DNA from: Nemertoderma westbladi
Taxonomy: Eukaryota; Animalia; Xenacoelomorpha
Direction: 5' to 3'
Assembly (NCBI GenBank): GCA_032718475.1
Contig: JAUCBJ010001945.1
Coordinates: 39,434-103,433 of the forward strand
DNA: 64,000 nucleotides
The position numbers and the translations under genes were made by a program. Below the pieces are notes generated by a model. It ran no database searches. It had not been told where the DNA came from and was given only the letters and a program-made list of their open reading frames with translations. Position 1 is the first letter of the stretch. Every line of letters starts with the position of its first letter. Of the stretch, positions 61,036 to 64,000 are shown in pieces.

Positions 61036-61877
61036 ATTTTTTTTGGTGAGAGGGATATTCAAAATTGGGGGATGTAAATTGGTGCTACAAAAAAATTTAT
61101 AATAAATTTATTTTGGTGTTAAATCATCTAATTTGGGGTGGCATTCAATTAGTGGCGTTATTATTTACCCAACCCCCTAATAGTGGCATTAAACAGAAAA
61201 ACTAAATTCGCATGCAATGGAACTAAATTCGTTTCCATTGGAACTAAATACGGGGAATCCATACATTAAGTGTACTGTATCTGGACTTTCTACATACAGA
61301 ATATATATCGCCTGTAGTACTTTGATATGATCTATTATTAATATGATAGAGACAGAGGGCACCATATTTCATAAATCATGGTAATTACTTATTAATTATA
61401 TTTATTATAATAATAATAAATTACCATAAGCAAAATATAGCATATAGGTAAGTATTAGGGGTCTACACTGGCTGAATATTGTAATGAAAACGCTGGATTT
61501 GGTGAACGTTTTCGCCCTACCGGGCTACGTCAGACCTATTATATTAATAAAGCATAAAGGAGTAATTAAATTAGATTCGAAATTCCCGCCACCTAAATAA
61601 AGCACTAATATAATAGATAGTTCTAAGTAGGTCCTATATGTAATATAATATAAACAAAGTCGAAAACAAAATCAAAAAACAAAAGTCTCCAGAATAAAAT
61701 AGATTTTTATCCAAACTTACATAAAGTAAAAATCTAATCGTGTCTCTAAGTAGCTCTCGTACTATTATTATAAAAACAAAAACCTCAAAACGCTCAGTTT
61801 CAACTCCGTATAACAAGTAAGGTAATATACAGCCAAACACACATTAGCAACCCCCATATGCGTACTATCCATTCCCA

Positions 61878-64000
61878 AAAACATTCAATATGCGCGCTGC
61901 TCGTTAAGTAAGTTAGATTAAAGTTAGGTTAATGAATAAGTTTAACTGTAGATTATGCAATGTATAAGTTTAAGTTCAAAAAATAAGTAATATTGAAAAT
62001 AATGCATGAAACAACAGATTAAGACAACCCAAAAATATTCAAAATGCGCGCTGCTCGTTAAGTAAGTTAGATTAAAGTTAGGTTAATGAATAGGTCTAAC
62101 TGTAGATTATGCAATGTATAAGTTTAAGTTCAAAAAATAAGTAATATTGAAAATAATGCATGAAACAACAGATTAAGACAACCCAAAAATATTCAATATG
62201 TGCGCTGCTCGTTAGGTAAGTTAGGTTAACATTCAATATGCGCGCTGCTCGTTAAGTAAGTTAGATTAAAGTTAGGTTAATGAGTAAGTCTAACTGTAGA
62301 TTATGCAATGTATAAGTTTAAGTTCAAAAAATAAGTAATATTAAAAATATTGAAAATAATGCATAAAACAACAGATTAAGACAAACCAAAAACATTCAAA
62401 ATGCGCGCTGTTCGTTAAATAAGTTAGGTTAAAGTTAGGTTAATGAATAGGTCTAACTGTAGATTATGCAATGTATAAGTTTAAGTTCAGAAAATAAGTA
62501 ATATTGAAAATAATGCATAAAACAGCAGATTAAGACAAACCAAAAACATTCAATATGCGCGCTGCCCGTTAAGTAAGTTAAGTTAAAGTTAGGTTAATGA
62601 ATAAGTCTAACTGTAGATTATGCAATGTATAAGTTTAAGTTCAAAAAATAAGTAATATTGAAAATAATGCATAAAACAGCAGATTAAGACAAACCAAAAA
62701 CATTCAATATGCGCGCTGCCCGTTAAGTAAGTTAGATTAAAGTTAGGTTAATGAATAAGTCTAACTGTAGATTATGCAATGTATAAGTTTAAGTTCAAAA
62801 AATAAGTAATATTGAAAATAATGCATAAAACAGCAGATTAAGACAAACCAAAAACATTCAATATGCGCGCTGCCCGTTAAGTAAGTTAGGTTAAAGTTAG
62901 GTTAATGAATAAGTCTAACTGTAGATTATGCAATGTATAAGTTTAAGTTCAAAAAATAAGTAATATTGAAAATAATGCATAAAACAACAGATTAAGACAA
63001 ACCAAAAACATTCAATATGCGTGCTGCTCGTTAAGTAAGTTAGGTTAACATTCAAAATGCGCGCTGCTCGTTAAGTAAGTTAGATTAAGGTTAGGTTAAT
63101 GAATAAGTCTAACTGTAGATTATGCAATGTATAAGTTTAAGTTCAAAAAAAAAAAATAAGTAATATTGAAAATAATGCATAAAACAACAGATTAAGACAA
63201 ACCAAAAACATTCAAAATGCGCGCTGCTCGTTAAATAAGTTAGGTTAAAGTTAGGTTAATGAATAAGTCTAACTGTAGATTATGCAATGTATAAGTTTAA
63301 GTTCAAAAAATAAGTAATATTGAAAATAATGCATAAAACAACAGATTAAGACAAACCAAAAACATTCAATATGCGCGCTGCTCGTTAAGTAAGTTAGGTT
63401 AAATTTAGGTTAATGAATAAGTCTAACTGTAGATTATGCAATGTATAAGTTTAAGTTCAAAAAGTAAGTAATATTGAAAATAATGCATAAAACAACAGAT
63501 TAAGACAAACCAAAAACATTCAATATGTGTGCTGCTCGTTAAGTAAGTTAGGTTAACATTCAATATGCGCGCTGCTCGTTAAGTAAGTTAGATTAAAGTT
63601 AGGTTAATGAGTAAGTCTAACTGTAGATTATGCAATGTATAAGTTTAAGTTCAAAAAATAAGTAATATTGAAAATAATGCATAAAACAACAGATTAAGAC
63701 AAACCAGAAACATTCAGTATGCGCGCTGCTCGTTAAGTAAGTTAGGTTAACATTCAATATGCGCGCTGCTCGTTAAGTAAGTTAGATTAAATTTAGGTTA
63801 ATGAATAAGTCTAACTGTAGATTATGCAATGTATAAGTTTAAGTTCAAAAACATTCAATATGCGCGCTGCTCGTTAAGTAAGTTAGGTTAACATTCAATA
63901 TGCGCGCTGCTCGTTAAGTAAGTTAGATTAAAGTTAGGTTAATGAGTAAGTCTAACTGTAGATTATGCAATGTATAAGTTTAAGTTCAAAAAAATAAGTA
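61878..64000. repeat. 154-bp satellite with optional 40-bp sub-duplication; runs off the window end
   Basis: tgcgcgctgctcgttaagtaagttag recurs at 61891, 62045, 62199 (variant) and 62239. Confidence 0.95.

Noticed and set aside
61900-64000. Telomeric array
   Set aside because: TTAGG motifs are isolated within a complex 154-bp unit, not a pure tandem tract

Overview
AT-rich, repeat-dense animal genomic DNA; no prokaryotic systems or CRISPR. Host genes are the 3' end of an unidentified spliced gene (1-511), intronless SAMM50, MBOAT7 and an EEF1AKMT4-like methyltransferase (all minus strand), a two-exon IFT122 (one 5.16-kb satellite-filled intron), and the last exon of a non-alpha nicotinic acetylcholine receptor subunit. 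Mobile DNA includes a young 14.8-kb BEL/Pao LTR element (1256-bp LTRs, CCATG TSD). It keeps Gag and protease, has lost RT and almost all of RNase H and integrase through in-frame deletions, carries two Helitron/DINE-1-like inserts and an extra zinc-knuckle ORF, and sits inside an RTE LINE fragment. There is also a 4.6-kb Gypsy element (287-bp LTRs, CCATA TSD), a 5'-truncated RTE LINE with a 13-bp TSD interrupted by a satellite, TA-flanked foldback MITEs, an IS3EU-like MITE and several 21-154-bp satellites. The most notable signal is that neither LTR element has a tRNA primer-binding site. In each, the bases just after the 5' LTR are perfectly complementary to a segment of its own LTR (11 nt in BEL/Pao, 15 nt in Gypsy), which suggests Tf1-like self-primed reverse transcription outside the chromoviruses. 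All calls were made by eye, without database searches.
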